Assembly (NCBI RefSeq): GCF_963676685.1
Contig: NC_092344.1
Span: 4,092,001 to 4,156,000, forward strand
Direction: 5' to 3'
Source: Mytilus edulis
Lineage: Eukaryota
DNA: 64,000 nucleotides
Below the pieces are notes generated by a model. It was not told where the DNA came from and ran no database searches. It worked only from the letters and a program-made list of their open reading frames with translations. Position numbers and translations under genes: made by a program. This document shows positions 14,086 through 26,914 of this stretch, in pieces (the stretch's first letter is position 1; the number at the start of each line of letters is the position of its first letter).

Positions 14086-14090
14086 TTAAA

Positions 14091-14108
14091 TGGTGCCGGA
14101 ACCCGGGA
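14091..14108 (+). promoter_or_regulatory. Primer binding site complementary to tRNA-Phe 3' end
   Basis: TGGTGCCGGAACCCGGGA versus TGGTGCCGAAACCCGGGA expected for eukaryotic tRNA-Phe(GAA), 1 mismatch; 5 bp after the LTR. Confidence 0.85.
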
Positions 14109-15283
14109 ATTAAGTCTATACCGAAATTGGATCTTAATTCAGGAAATTCAACGTGTCAAATGTGCGTTTCCCCAAAGGTGTGCGAAAAAGGTACAGTATT
14201 CAGACAGAAATACTGAACGGGAAGCACATATTATCCTCGGAGGTAGATAAACTCGACGAACAACGTTTTGTGTTGGAGGCAACGAAATGTGCGGACAAGC
14301 TGAAGATGTATTCCGAAAAATTAGAAATTCAAAGTGGGAAACTTGCTAGTGCTTTGGAAGATGAAGGGGAAGTCATAGATGATATTGGTGGGTGAAGAAT
14401 GTGAGCTGTGTTCAAGTGTGATGGATTGTTACTTGGATCTGATACAATTTAAAGAAAGGTTAGTTGACTTTATTAAAAAGGAAAGCATAGAAGTTAAAGA
14501 AAACGAATTCTCTAGCCAAATTGTAGAGTTACATAGGGAAATTTCAGATTTTATTAGGGCGCAAAGCGCCCGAAATGAAATATTGATTGTATGATAAGAT
14601 TAGAGCGAGATATAATAATGCATTGACCTTCAATTCTAATCAAATAACAGCTCTTTAAAGTACACCCCTGAATAAAAAATGTTACAATCCAGTTAATACC
14701 TTACTTCGCATGCCCATAGGTAACATCGTATACTTCGGGCTACAATAGATTGACTTTCAATGAAGCCAAACCTTCAACCTCAAACAATTATGTTTGATAT
14801 AAAACAACAAAACCAATATCTGTACCAATAAAATATCATGTTCTTGTTCAAAAGATCTGATACGAAAGTAACCGATTCAGTAAACATTGGATATAGTTCA
14901 CCATAGACATATTTCTATGCATCTGGATAATGAATAAACAAATTGACACCCAAAATACTAATTATCAGTTCACTAAGCAAAAAGCAAAATCCAGCATCTA
15001 AAGTCATCATATTCCGCCACACTGCTGCAAAACTGCAATTATTGTTTGGAATACCAGTCATATACATGTTCATCCAACTCTATCCTTTCTGAAAAATTTA
15101 ATGATATAGATGTATATTTCCAGTTTGCATTCGAGAATAAACATTCTGTGTAATATTTCATATTTTATTGAATACTGTTTAGAAATACTTAGATCAAGAG
15201 TCGTCTTATTGTTATCATACCACATCTATTTGCAATGTATTTAATTTCTCTATAATAATGCATTTGGGTGGGATGGGTGGGAA

Positions 15284-15402
15284 ATGCATTATTATATCTC
15301 ACTCTAATCTTATCATATAATCAATATTTCATTTCGGGCGCTTTGCGGCCTCATAAAATCTGAAATTATATTTCTAAGATTTTCGTGAGATATAATAATG
15401 CA
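15284..15402. repeat. DIRS internal complementary region (ICR)
   Basis: Its reverse complement reads right end (..cttagaaatat)-AAT-left end (ttcagatttt..), which is the circle junction. Confidence 0.95.
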
Positions 15403-15425
15403 CGTTTAATGCAAGCTTACCATTT

Positions 15426-16372
15426 CTAAAACTTTATCTGCAAAACCCGCTTTTTCATTAGTCCTAGTCTAGTGTTGGACCAATCTGCCATGGACATAAT
15501 ATCATCCATACTGATGCCACTCATCGCTGCCTTGCTAGTTGAGACCATGCGACAAGAATGTGCTTGAAACAATGAGATGTCGATTCCTGCCTCCTTCATA
15601 ACCCATTTAATCCAATTTACAACTGTCTGTGAAGATAGACCTTTAAAAGGTTTCTTAGTTGACCTTAATAAAGGATCAGGTTCATGTTTACTAACAGGCC
15701 TTAAATGTTCCGTTTTCAATTCATATTCATGTATACAAGAAATAACACATAATTTTTCTTTGAAAATTTGCAGTATTTCACTGATCTGTTATTGCAATCT
15801 TTTTGTGTTTTAAACAGACCCGGTAAATGAAAAATTATACTACTTTTGTTTCTGGACATGAATCTTCTGTCTAACCTTGAAATTTCAGATATCCTTTTAG
15901 GCGCTGCCAAGCCAATAAAATTGATAATGTTTACCTAAAACTGAAAAATCAAGTTTTTTGTTTATTGGTAAAGCGGATAAATATTTAAGAACAATATCCA
16001 AATCCCATGAAAATTTTAGTATTTTGGTAAAGGTGGGTTATTTTGTAGAACACCTTTCATTAATTGTTTTACTATAGGTTATTGACCAATTGGGACACCA
16101 TCGATATATGGCAGGACTGAAGATATGGCCGAACGGTGAACATTTAAAGTTCTGTATTGATACCCCTCTTTATACATCCAAGTCAAAAAATATAAGATAG
16201 CGGCCAAAGGTGCTGAAAAGGGATCAATTTCCCGTGAGTTACACCAGCTAGACCACTTATTCCAGGCACTGTCGTAAGAAGATCTTGTTCCCGATTTCCA
16301 AGATCCAAGGAGTAATTCTTTAGTTTCCTCTGAAATTCCAATTGCGTTAAATGATCTCCGGAGACCGTCCAC
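15426..16372 (-). pseudogene. DIRS tyrosine recombinase (frameshifted pieces 16079-16372, 15716-15910, 15426-15719)
   Basis: SW..GT..SY.SAW.KW..WC; YRTLNVHRSAIS; KRISEI (catalytic R); AHSCR (HxxR); MADWS. The Tyr-containing tail is not seen in frame. Confidence 0.9.
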
Positions 16373-18441
16373 TCTGCTTTAATGTTTAGTTCAGAATCAG
16401 TGAGTGTGGCTCTTTCATGGGAGACAATACAGTGTTGTGACTCATGGGAAGTAACACTGGATAATCTACTGACATTTGAAGTAACAGAGGGTACCAAGCC
16501 TGGGATTGCCAAACTAGAGTTATCAGAATTATCTGACTGTTTTCCTCCCGAACTTTCGCCAGACACGTACTTATTAGACAGAACGGGGGAAAAGCATAAC
16601 CCTTTATCCCTCTCCAGGATTGGAGAAGGGCATCTACCGCTTTCGCTTGGGGATCTGGCTTCCAGCTGAAATATTGATTCAGGTGAGTATTTGACCTGTC
16701 TGCAAACAGATTTACATTGCAAGGGCCTATGCGTTTCATGAGACTTTTGAAAAGTATCGGACTTAACCGCCAATTGCTGAAATCCGCATAATGCCTGCTT
16801 TCCCAGTCTGCTATAACATTGCTTTTTCCTGGGATGTAGTCCGCAGTGATTGTTAATTGCCTTTGAAGACACCAATCCCAAAACTGATTTGTTAGGGAAT
16901 TTAGTCTTTTTGACATCGTTCCCCCCATTTTTTTTACATATACAATTGCTGTTGTGTTGTCCATTTGTATAAGAATATGCTTGTTTTGTAGATTTTTGGC
17001 ATAAAATTGTACTGCGAACATTGCTGCTTTTAGTTCGAGTTGATTTATATGGAGGAATTTTTCCTCGTCTATCCAAAGCCCACCTATACTTATCTGTTGA
17101 CATGTTACTCCCCATCCCGACAGACTTGCATCCGACTGAATGGTTAAATGGGGTTCTGGTCTTAGTAACGCTTTCCCGTTCCAAGACCCCAGCTTGGTTA
17201 CCCACCAATGCAACTCGTTCTGAATTTCCTCGTTTAACTGGATTTGGTGATCGTAATGGCCCCCCAAATGCAGGGTTTTGTTTTCAATATTTGTAAACTG
17301 CGATAATGCAGAGGATCTGGAAGGACAGCTTGATTGGTTGCTGTAACTGACCTATCAACTGAGCTAAATCTCTTGCTGACACTTTCTTGTGTTTTAGCAT
17401 TAAATTTGAACTGTTCTTTATTTTCTCTACCTTCTTTTTCGGGAGAGACAAAGTCAACAACTTTGAGTTTACTGAATAACCCAGAAACTCCATTGTTTGT
17501 GAAGGTTCCATTACGGACTTGTTTGTATTGATCAGAAAACCTAAGCCCCTTAATATTGACAAAACTGTTGAGAGATCTGACAAAATTTTCTGATTTGACT
17601 GATTCATTATTAGAATATCGTCTAGGTAAACTATCAGACGTACACATAAACGTCTCAATAAAGTCATGGGTACCTTCATTAGTTTTGTGAATATTCTTGG
17701 GGCTACTGCAATCCCAAACGGGAGGGACCTGAATTCCATTATGTTTCCCTGCCAAAAAAATCTGAGGTATTTTCTGTGTTCTTTTGCTATTTGCAATGTC
17801 AAATATGCATCGGTTAGGTCTTTTTTTTACCATCCAACCGTTCTTCAAAGAAGATCTTTTAACAAATGAATTTCCTCCATTTTGAAATGTTCGTAACGTA
17901 AAAAAACATTTAGGCCTTTTAGATTTATAACAGGTCTTTGACCCCCTCCCTTCTTTGGTACCGGAAAAATGTTGCTTATGAACGAATCCTTTGTCAGGAA
18001 AGACTGTGTTATGGCCTTCTTGTTCAAAAGTCCTGTTATTTCTTTGTTTATCAAATCCTGATTCTCTTGATTGAAAAAGGCTTGATTTGGTATTTGATTT
18101 TGGTAAGGTGTTGCTAAGAAATCTAATTTTATTCCTTTTACACACTGGAGAACCCAAGGATCTTTTGTAATTGAGTTCCAATGCTGTAGGAAAAGACTTA
18201 CTCTTCCCCCTACAGGAATAGAATTTTGATTGATAATGCAATTCATTGGTAATTGGAAATAGTTTTGTATATGACTTAAAGTTTTCTCTTGACCTACCCG
18301 TTCTATCGATTTGCATGTTTCTTGAACACTTGGTTGTTCTGAGGTTGAGTCTGGATTTGGTTCTGGGTCTGGTTCTGGCGTTGATTCTGGCGCTGACCAT
18401 AACTGTTCCCCTGTCTGTTCTGTGACTGGTTTGCCTGCCAA
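16200..18441 (-). pseudogene. pol: DIRS pol: RT, RNase H and Dam-like methyltransferase (frameshifted)
   Basis: IFPVPKKGGGQRPVINLK; LPFGIAVAPRIFTK; IVYLDD; SDASLSGWG; HINQLEL; DNTTA; NVIADWESR; NLFA; YAFPPF. Confidence 0.93.
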
Positions 18442-19576
18442 GGTCTCTTCCCTGAAACTTGTGGATTGAGAGCTTGTCTGCCGCCCACAGACTGCAGGTT
18501 GTTTGTGGGCCCCTGCTGAAAAAACTGATCATTTTTTCTATTAAAATGAGGTTTACCAGCATGTTTTTTCTTGTTAGAAAACAACAACATTTCTCTAAGT
18601 TCTTTGTTATCCTTGTTGTCTGTAGCAAAAGACTTTAGAAATTTATTACCAAAAAGTTGACCCTTAGATTTTGCCAAAGCTTTCTTGCCTTTCTTCTCAA
18701 ATCTAGACTATCTGGCATTGTTTTAACTAACATTGCTTTTCTCCTGTCAGTGTTATAAACATAGTGAGCATTACCTGCTAGCACAATAGCCCTCTGTGTT
18801 AACTGAATTACATCAGAAGGGTCCATACCTTGATTATCTTTCTTAATCCTATGTGCTTCAGACCATATACGGGACAGAGGACCCATAACATCTAGAATGC
18901 GTAGCTGTGTGTTAATTTTACTTCTCTCTAATCTAGCATTCCATTTTCTACCTTGAAAATAATTTCTCTTAAAAAATCTATCTGTTTCAAGAGCCTTTAA
19001 TCCTTTAAACGAAGGAATAGGCCAATTCAAAGACATATCTTGTCTCGTCTTTTTACTTATACCCTTTAGAGCATACTTCTCTATATATTTGGTTACATGA
19101 GATGGTACGTTTTCTTTTTTATCTTTAGACAAAGAAGGTTCTGGGTCAAACGCTTCATTGTCTTCTGAACTCTCTGATTCAGAGTTACTAGAAGATGACT
19201 CACTGCTACTAGTATTTTCAGAGGAAATGCTAGAATGATTAACAACTTTCCTGTGTTTAATCTTACCTTTTCTGCTAGGTACGGAGTCGTCCCGTTTCCG
19301 TTTAGGGTTTTTGGTATCCAAGTCAGACCAGCTCTGTCTGACATCTTCTTCTGTCCCGTCGACTAACGACATTTCATCATCTTGAGGAGAAGAGATATTT
19401 CTCCTCGCCTTGTTAGAAGAGCCCAAAGACTCGACTACCTGATCAGTTTCTACCACCACTGCAGTAAAACTTACATTTTCACCAATGACCCTATGGTCTT
19501 CCGAATCAAGTGCACCGCTCTCTCGAGACGGTGGAGCCATCCCTAACGGAATGTCATTGAGTTGGGCGTTAGCCAT
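18303..19576 (-). pseudogene. gag: DIRS gag-like ORF1 (frameshift near 18660)
   Basis: ATG at 19576, just inside the ITR. QLRILDVMGPL..IW and QRAIVLAGNA..N..RRK motifs, then LFG..F and a Q/N-rich tail in ORF 18303-18677. Confidence 0.85.
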
Positions 19577-20935
19577 GCTAACTAAAATAATAAACCGAAT
19601 AACCTTTAAATAATTTGGAAAAAAACGTCTTTACTCAAAGAGAGCTAAATTGAAAGTCAATCTATTGTAGCCCGAGGTATACGATGTTACCTATGGGCAT
19701 GCGCAGTAAGGTATTACCTGGATTGTAACATTTTTTATTCAGAGGTGTACTTTAAAGAGCTGTTATTTGATTAGAATTGAAGGTCAATGCATTATTATAT
19801 CTCACGAAAATCTTAGAAATATAATGAAAGATATTATGCAAAGTCAAATAAAACAATAACATGAAATCTTTAAGAAACAGTCGATAAATGAAAAAGAAAA
19901 TTCTACCTGTTCTATAAAATTACCAAAATTAGATCTTCCTTGTTTAATGGTGATAAAATAAAGTGGATGGAGTTTTGGGATTCATTTCAAAGTCCCGTAC
20001 ATGCAAATACAAAGTTGACAGATATCGAGAAATTCAATTATGTTTGGAGCAAGCTACAAGGAGACGCTAAACGTGCAGTGTCTGGTTTAACTTTATCTAG
20101 TGATAATTATTCTTTGGCCATTAACATATTAGAGGAAAGATTTGGAAACAAACAAGATGTGATTGATATTCATTATAATCAATTAATAAATCTTCCAACG
20201 CCATCGAACATAATTTCTAGTTTGAGAGATTTTATGGATATATTTAACAGACATATTCGAGGTCTGGAAGTTTTGAAACAAGACGTGAACCAAGACGTGT
20301 TTGTATCAATTATCAGATCTAAACTACCCGAAGATGTGTTGCTTCAATTAGAAATTCAAAAAGGAGCTAAGGCGAAGTGGAAAATATCAAGTCTTTGTGA
20401 AAAATTACAAGATTAAGTTGTAGCAAGAGAAAATCTGATAAAACAGAAACGGAAAAGGATCGTTCAAACTCACAAGGGAGTTTTTTAATGTATCATTTAA
20501 TTCCCACAAGCCATGGCAGAATAAGAATGGAAAACAAAACGGAAATTGTAGAAGTGGAACACAAAATAGAAATATTAATTCAGCAGAAGCCTTAGTCGCT
20601 TCGACAGAACGAAATGTTAGTTATTTCGATAAGTGTAGATATTACCAGGAGCAACATTGGAGTGATGAATGTAAAAAATTTAAGAGTGTTGAAGATAGAA
20701 AGCGCAATTAAAAGGCTGTTGCTTTAAATGCCTGAGACATGGTCAAAAATCCATTGATTGCAAGAAAGGAAAAGTATGAGTTCATTGTGGCGAAAAGAAT
20801 TCGCATCACCGGAGCTTATGTCCAAAGAAATTCAAAATGAAAATGACAAGTGTACATTTATCAGAAGAAAACAGTCATAGTTCTATCGAAGAATTAAGAA
20901 GACAGAAAGAATTTCTGTAAATATGGAAAGTAATG

Positions 20936-23510
20936 CAGTCGGAAACCAGGTTGAAATAGAACAAAAGAATCGAAGCTCTCTATTAGAGAAGGCGATAAAT
21001 GTTTACTGTATTGTTTACTATAGTGACAATTTTTTAAAAAGTTAATAGAAACAAACAAAACTGCAATTTTCTTCTCAATTACGAGGTGTTTTATTTCAAA
21101 AACACCATTTGCGTAAGTTTTCAATTTATCTAGTACATAGTTAAGCAGAACAATTAGATATCAAGTCGACGACATGGGTGTCTTTCAAGTTGGATGACAA
21201 AAATGCATAACCTCCGATTTTTTTGAAAAAATTACCACGGACGGAAAAGATATCAATCTATTAGTTCAGTAATTTTCGTGTCTGCCCTTCCATTATGTGA
21301 CTGAAGAAAAAATTCCAAAAAATAGGTAACAATTGTATCGAAAAGAGAAAATCGAGTGCACCTTTTTATGTTAGGGCGTGTTTGAGTTGAGTATTTAGTC
21401 TTGATATCGTTCAAAGTAAGAATATTTCATACATCGTCTCGCTTCAGATTCTATCATTTTTATATATTAAAGCTACCGGTTGACTTTATAACCCAAAAAG
21501 TAACAGTTGTCAGAATTTTCTCAATTGAAGAAAGCTTTACCAAAAGAATGGATAAACATTTTAAGACAAGAAAATTCAAAGAAAACTCAAGTAAAAACAG
21601 ATTATGTTTTATTTATTAAGAGAAATTGTAATTATACAGAAACATTAGACAAGTTAGAAACCAAAAAAATTTATAACACATTCATTCAGAATGAGATTCA
21701 AATTCCTGTTGGTTTTAACCGATGGAAAACAGTGTTAAATATTGAGTATATTAAGAGTTCAGTCTGTAATATATTGAAATTTGTTCACCATTATTTGAAA
21801 GAAAATAGGTATAAAGTGTTTCGTTGGAAATTGTTACACTTTATTCTACCTTGTAAAACTTTATTAAAACAGTGGAATATCTGCAATACTTCAAATTGTA
21901 ATTTTTGCAATACCACTGAAGATTATGATCACATGTTTCTGAAATGTCATTTTCTTGATGACTTCTTTAGTAAAATTAAAAATCTTTTTGGAAAACTGAA
22001 TATTGATAATAATATTCTAACATTGAAAAATCTAGTATTTGGTTATAAAATTAATGATGAACAATATTATGAAATAAATTATTTGATTACATTAATAATG
22101 TTTTGTATATATAAAGCTTACTACATGTCTGAACAGAAAACAGAAGCTATAAATGTTTATGCTGTATTTAAAGCAGAATTTATGTATAGTTACAAATTAC
22201 AGGCAAAATGTAAGACTACACATTGTAATTGTTTCCTAGAAAAAGCTTTCAAATTGTTGAAATAATTTTTTGTTTGTTTGAGAAATATATGATCTAGCAA
22301 AAATAAATGAAAGAACTTAATTAAAGATATAAATTTTTAAAATTACATATCAGGAACTGATGAAGTAATATAAATTTTACTGTTCACCGCCACATTAAGA
22401 TTAATATCGAGGCTATTTATATCAATGTACCGTTACAAAAAGAAGATTTGAAAAAGAAACCAGTCTTACTCTTGATCTTCTTTACACTATTGATAAATTT
22501 TGATTTAGACATACCTGTTATAATGCTATATCACATCTGTTTGTTCTATTTTTAAAGTCGCATAAACCGGTGTGACAATTTTGTTTCAAACCAGGAAGTT
22601 ATTCGATAGACAAACAATGCACACGTTAACGGAGAAAATATGGAAAGTTTCCGGAAACTATACTCAAAAATCATTTATATTGCTAGATGATATCCAAATA
22701 GTATTTTTTCCTATTTATATGTATAGGTAAACAAATAAATCTCGCTGATATTTACTTGTTTATTATTTCATTGCTGATTATTTTATAACTTAGCTGTTAG
22801 ATTATAATACTAATGTTGATTTAATATATTGATGCTTACCAGAAAACAACCCTGGATTTCTGGTATTAACAAACAGGGACTCTTCACTGGTATGCTGGAC
22901 TGGTGAGGTATATTGTTAACAGCAGAAAGTGCAATTTGTTGTTGAATAAAAAAAAAAAAAAAAAAAATAACAGTACTAAAAGATGAAATATATGGGTCAA
23001 GTGAAATACCTATCTAATGAGTCACAAAAACAGGGAAGGTGTGTTCGAATAGCTATTTTTTTACTGAAAGTACTTGACGACAGTCTTACAAGTTGGATGA
23101 TGAAAATGCATATCTTCGAAAAATTCTAATTTTTTGTGTGTGATAACAAGGGTTTATAGTCTTCAACCACTAAAAAAATCTAGTCTGCCCTTCCACGAAA
23201 TATTTAATTAGATTTTTTTTAAATGTTTATGATTTTTCGAAAATTCCACCTAACAACCGATTAGACAATAGTTTTAAGTTGAATCAATGCAGACAAGATC
23301 ATTAACTGATGCTCATTAGCTAGTTGATACATTTGTCTTTTAAAATATAACTGACATATAAGGATCGTATTGGTGCAATGTGGATAAATTTATCGGTTTC
23401 AAAGAGCAAAATTGGTAGCGCGTCATCGCTACAATGGCTTCCATTTTTACGATTGTGAAAATGAACTGGCGTCATGGGGAGATAATTTTGACGAAGTAGG
23501 ATCCTGACTG
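20936..23510. mobile_element. Non-autonomous TIR element with 5-bp TSD (hAT5-like), containing a LINE insertion
   Basis: TAATG-cagtcggaaacc ... ggatcctgactg-TAATG (TIR 9/12). Removing it restores the BEL frame RISVNMESNEDPTENMLVSS. Confidence 0.7.
21508..22967 (+). mobile_element. 5'-truncated L1/Tx1-type LINE with ORF2 C-terminus, 3' UTR and poly(A)
   Basis: Open 252-aa frame with zf-RVT-type CNFCNTTEDYDHMFLKC. AATAAA runs into a 20-nt A tail. 7-bp TSD TAACAGT at 21501-07 and 22968-74. Confidence 0.9.
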
Positions 23511-26500
23511 TAATGAAGACCCTACAGAGAATATGTTAGTTTCATCAAATGGTACTTATGCAAACAGCAAAAACAGATGTGGTCAATCCAAAGAATAAGG
23601 AAAAGGTGGAGACAGGAATTTTGTTTGACTCAGGATCACAAAGAACTTATACTTCTCAAAGTCTTGCATCAAAGCTGAATCTGAAAGGAGACAAAGAAGA
23701 AGAATTGAAACTTGTTACGTTTGGAAGTGAGAAACCTAAAATTGTGAAAACATCATCGACGAATCTTTCGATCAAATTGAATAACGGGAAGAATTTCAAC
23801 CTTGTAGCGAACATTGTGCCAGTGATTAGTCGATGTGTACATATGAAAAGTCTAGATGCTTCAGCAATGGAATATTTAAAACACTTTGTGAAAGAAGTTG
23901 AACTGGCAGATGAATTACCATTTCAGAATGAATCATCGTCCATTGAACTTTTAATTGGAAATGACCATTACCTTGATTTGATTCTTTCGAACAAAGTAGA
24001 AATTCGACCAGGATTATATCTTCTAGCTTCAAAACTTGGATGGATTGTAACTGGTAGGACTCGTGAAACATATGAAGAGAAATCAGAGACTGGTTTGCTT
24101 ATTCTTTCCAACACTAGCTCCTTCGAAATATCGGACATTGAAAACCCAGATCAGTCGATTGTTGTCCAAGCAGGTATATGTGATTTATGGAACCTTGAGT
24201 CGATAGGGATTATTGAAAATATGGAGACATCTAGTGACAAGAAAGCTATGGAATATTTCAAAGAAACTTTAAAATTCAAAAATGGAAGATACTATGTTAA
24301 ATGGCCATGGAAGGAAAATACGCCAGAACTTCCGGACAATCGTGAACTAGCTCCTGGTAGATTGAAGTCATGTGTAGCTCGTATGAGAAAGAAACCTGAC
24401 CTATTAACAAAGTATGACACTATCATACAAGATCAGATACAGAAAGGTATTGTTGAAGAGGTGAATGAGTTTAGGACTGATGGAAAACATTATATACCCC
24501 GTCATGCAGTGATAACCCCTATCATCATTAGTGGTAAAATGTTTGTACAAGATCTATGGAAAAGAAATTTGCAATGGGACGATGAACTGTCTACAGAAGA
24601 CCTTTCAAAATGGATTAACATCAGTACTGAGCTAGAACGAGTCTCTGAGGTTTTCATTTCTAGATGTGTGTATTTGCATTCAGACTTAAATGATAAAACA
24701 TGCAAACTTCTGTATTTCTGTGATGCATCTGCCAGAGCTTATTCAGCAGCGGTTTATTCACATCAAACTTGTGGACAATCATCTAGAAGTGATCTCATCT
24801 TTTCGAAGTCTAGATTAGCACCAGTGAAGGAGATGAGTATTCCCCGACTGGAACTTATGGCCGTCTTGATTGGTGTTAGGAGTTTAATATTTGTGAAAAG
24901 TGAATTAAATATTTCCATTGAGGAAATGTACTTATGGAGTGATTCTCAGTGCGTTCTCAAGTGGATTTCTACTAAGAAAGAACTAAATGTGTTCGTGAAA
25001 AGTAGGATAGCTGAAATCAAAGCGCACAAGGATGTCAAAATCATGTATGTCAATACAATGGAGAATCCAGTTGATGTAGCTACAAGAGGAACTACAGCTT
25101 CTAAACTTAAAAATGATAGTCTTTGGTGACATGGCCCCAAATGGTTAAATTATGATACACAGAATTGGAAAAATGATTCTTTTGGAGACAATTCGTCTGT
25201 GGAAAAAATGTATCAATCTGAGATAAAACGTGAAAAGAGTAGATATAGTACCTTACTTTGTAATCAGATCGAGGAAGAAAACACCACCTTTTGGCATAGA
25301 CTGCAGAGAGTTTTCGTCTTACACAAAAGTAATACGTGTAACTGCCTGGATCCAAAGATTTGTTTCAAGGATGAAAAAAGACAAATGCAGTACTGGAAAA
25401 GTGTTAACATACAAAGAATTGAAAGTTGCCGAAATGAATTGGAAAAAATATATTCAAAGGAAACATTACTTAGATGTTTTGAAGCAATAAACGAGCACAA
25501 AAGAAATAATCTACAAAGACAGATTGGGTTGTTCATTTTTCAAGATGGAATTCCGTGTTGTAGAGGAAGACTGGAATATGGAGATATTTCTGAATCTGCT
25601 AGACTACCTATTCTTCTTCCCCGTGTGGAGGAACTCACGCGGTTTTTCATTGAAAAGATTTATAAGGAACAACTTCATTGTGGTGTGTCACAGACCTTGA
25701 GCAAAGTCAGGCACGGGTTTTGGATACCACAAGGCAGATCAACTGTGAGATAAGTTCTGAGACACTGTTTGATTTGTCATAAGCATGAAGGAGGTCCTTA
25801 TCGAATGCCTGATATGCCTCCGTTTCCAAAATCAAGGGTTTCACAGTCAACTCATTTTTCTTCAACTGGCTTAGATTATTTAGGACTCTTGATTACAAAG
25901 TCAAACGGTGACAACAGCAAAAGGTAGATTTGCCTTTTTACATGTTAAGTTACACGAGCAATACACTTAGAGGTTATCAATGATATGACTACAGAGGAAT
26001 TCATATATGCATTTCGAAGGTTTATCTCGGCAAGAGGTACCCCGAGTACAATAATAAGTGATAATGCAACTCAATTCAAATTAGGAAGTGAAACATTAAA
26101 GTCAGTATGGAATCATGTGATAAAAAGTGAAGATGTTCAAAATTTCACCATGAATAAAGGATTATGTTGGAAATTCATTACAGAATTAGCTCCCTGGATG
26201 GGAGATTTTTATGAAAGGTTAGTCGGAGTTGTGAAACGTTCTCTTAGAAAATCTTTGAATAAAAGACTCATAACTGATGTACAGATGAGAACTATTATTA
26301 AGGAAATCGAAGCTGTTGTAAATTCCAGACCATTGATTTACGTAGGAGAAGACATCAATTCTAAAATAACGTTGACACCAAGTCATTCTTTAACGTTGAA
26401 TCCAACCACTGGGATACCAGACGTTGATTTCGATCTTGACGATCAAGATTATTCACCTTTAGAAAGTTCAAAGGAGAAGTTATTAAAAGCTTGGAAAAAA

Positions 26501-26914
26501 GTACAAAAACTCTTAGATTCATTCTGGAATTTATGGAGAAACGAATACTTACTCAGTTTAAGAGAAAGAACGCAAACAAAGTTGAAGAGTTGCAGAGTCG
26601 AGTCATCATTTCTACCACAAATTGGAGATGTTGTGCTTATAAAAGACAATTTACCCAGATCAACATGGAGAATGGGAAAAATAGTGAAACTTATATCAAG
26701 TAATGATGGTGAAATTAGGAGTGCAAAAGTACAAGCGTCTACTGGACTAATATCAGGAAGACCATTAAATCTTCTTTATCCTCTAGAATTGGATTGTCAT
26801 ACTGAAAATAAGGAAGTTAAGAAATTTGACAAAGATCAAGTTTCAATTGCTAGACCTAAACGATTAAGTGCAGAAAATTCAAAAAAGAAAATTAAATCGA
26901 TATTAAAGCAATAA
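23511..26914 (+). pseudogene. pol: BEL pol: protease, Pao RNase H, integrase; RT deleted
   Basis: LFDSGSQRTY; FCDAS.RAYSA; KSRLAP..SIPRLEL; WSDSQ; NPVDVATRG; H.GVSQT..FWIPQGRS..C..C; GLDYLG; SDNATQF; APWMGDFYERLV; RPLNLLYPLE. Confidence 0.93.

Larger units (their letters stand above)
14540..19825 (-). mobile_element. DIRS1-like tyrosine-recombinase retrotransposon, full length, frameshifted
   Basis: 155-bp ITRs (14607-14761 and 19649-19803) and an ICR (15284-15402) complementary to both termini. Contains gag, RT (YLDD), RNase H, Dam-like MT and YR. AAT at both ends. Confidence 0.97.
14153..20935 (+). pseudogene. gag: BEL gag (split by DIRS insertion; stops and frameshifts)
   Basis: Removing the DIRS rejoins VELHRE|MKDIMQSQ..SIKLPKLDLP..GDKIKWMEFWDSF. 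Knuckles CRYYQEQHWSDEC, CFKCLRHGQKSIDC and HC..KNSHHRSLCP at ~20635-20825. Confidence 0.9.

Noticed and set aside
16386-16760. Horizontally acquired bacterial or phage DNA methyltransferase
   Set aside because: The Dam-like domain after RNase H is a standard component of DIRS1-like pol.
15577-17869. Plus-strand ORFs over the DIRS element
   Set aside because: Antisense shadows of pol/YR with no recognisable motifs.
20915-23513. Alternative insertion boundary with the 6-bp direct repeat CTGTAA
   Set aside because: It gives no terminal inverted repeats. The TAATG boundary gives both TIRs and a TSD.
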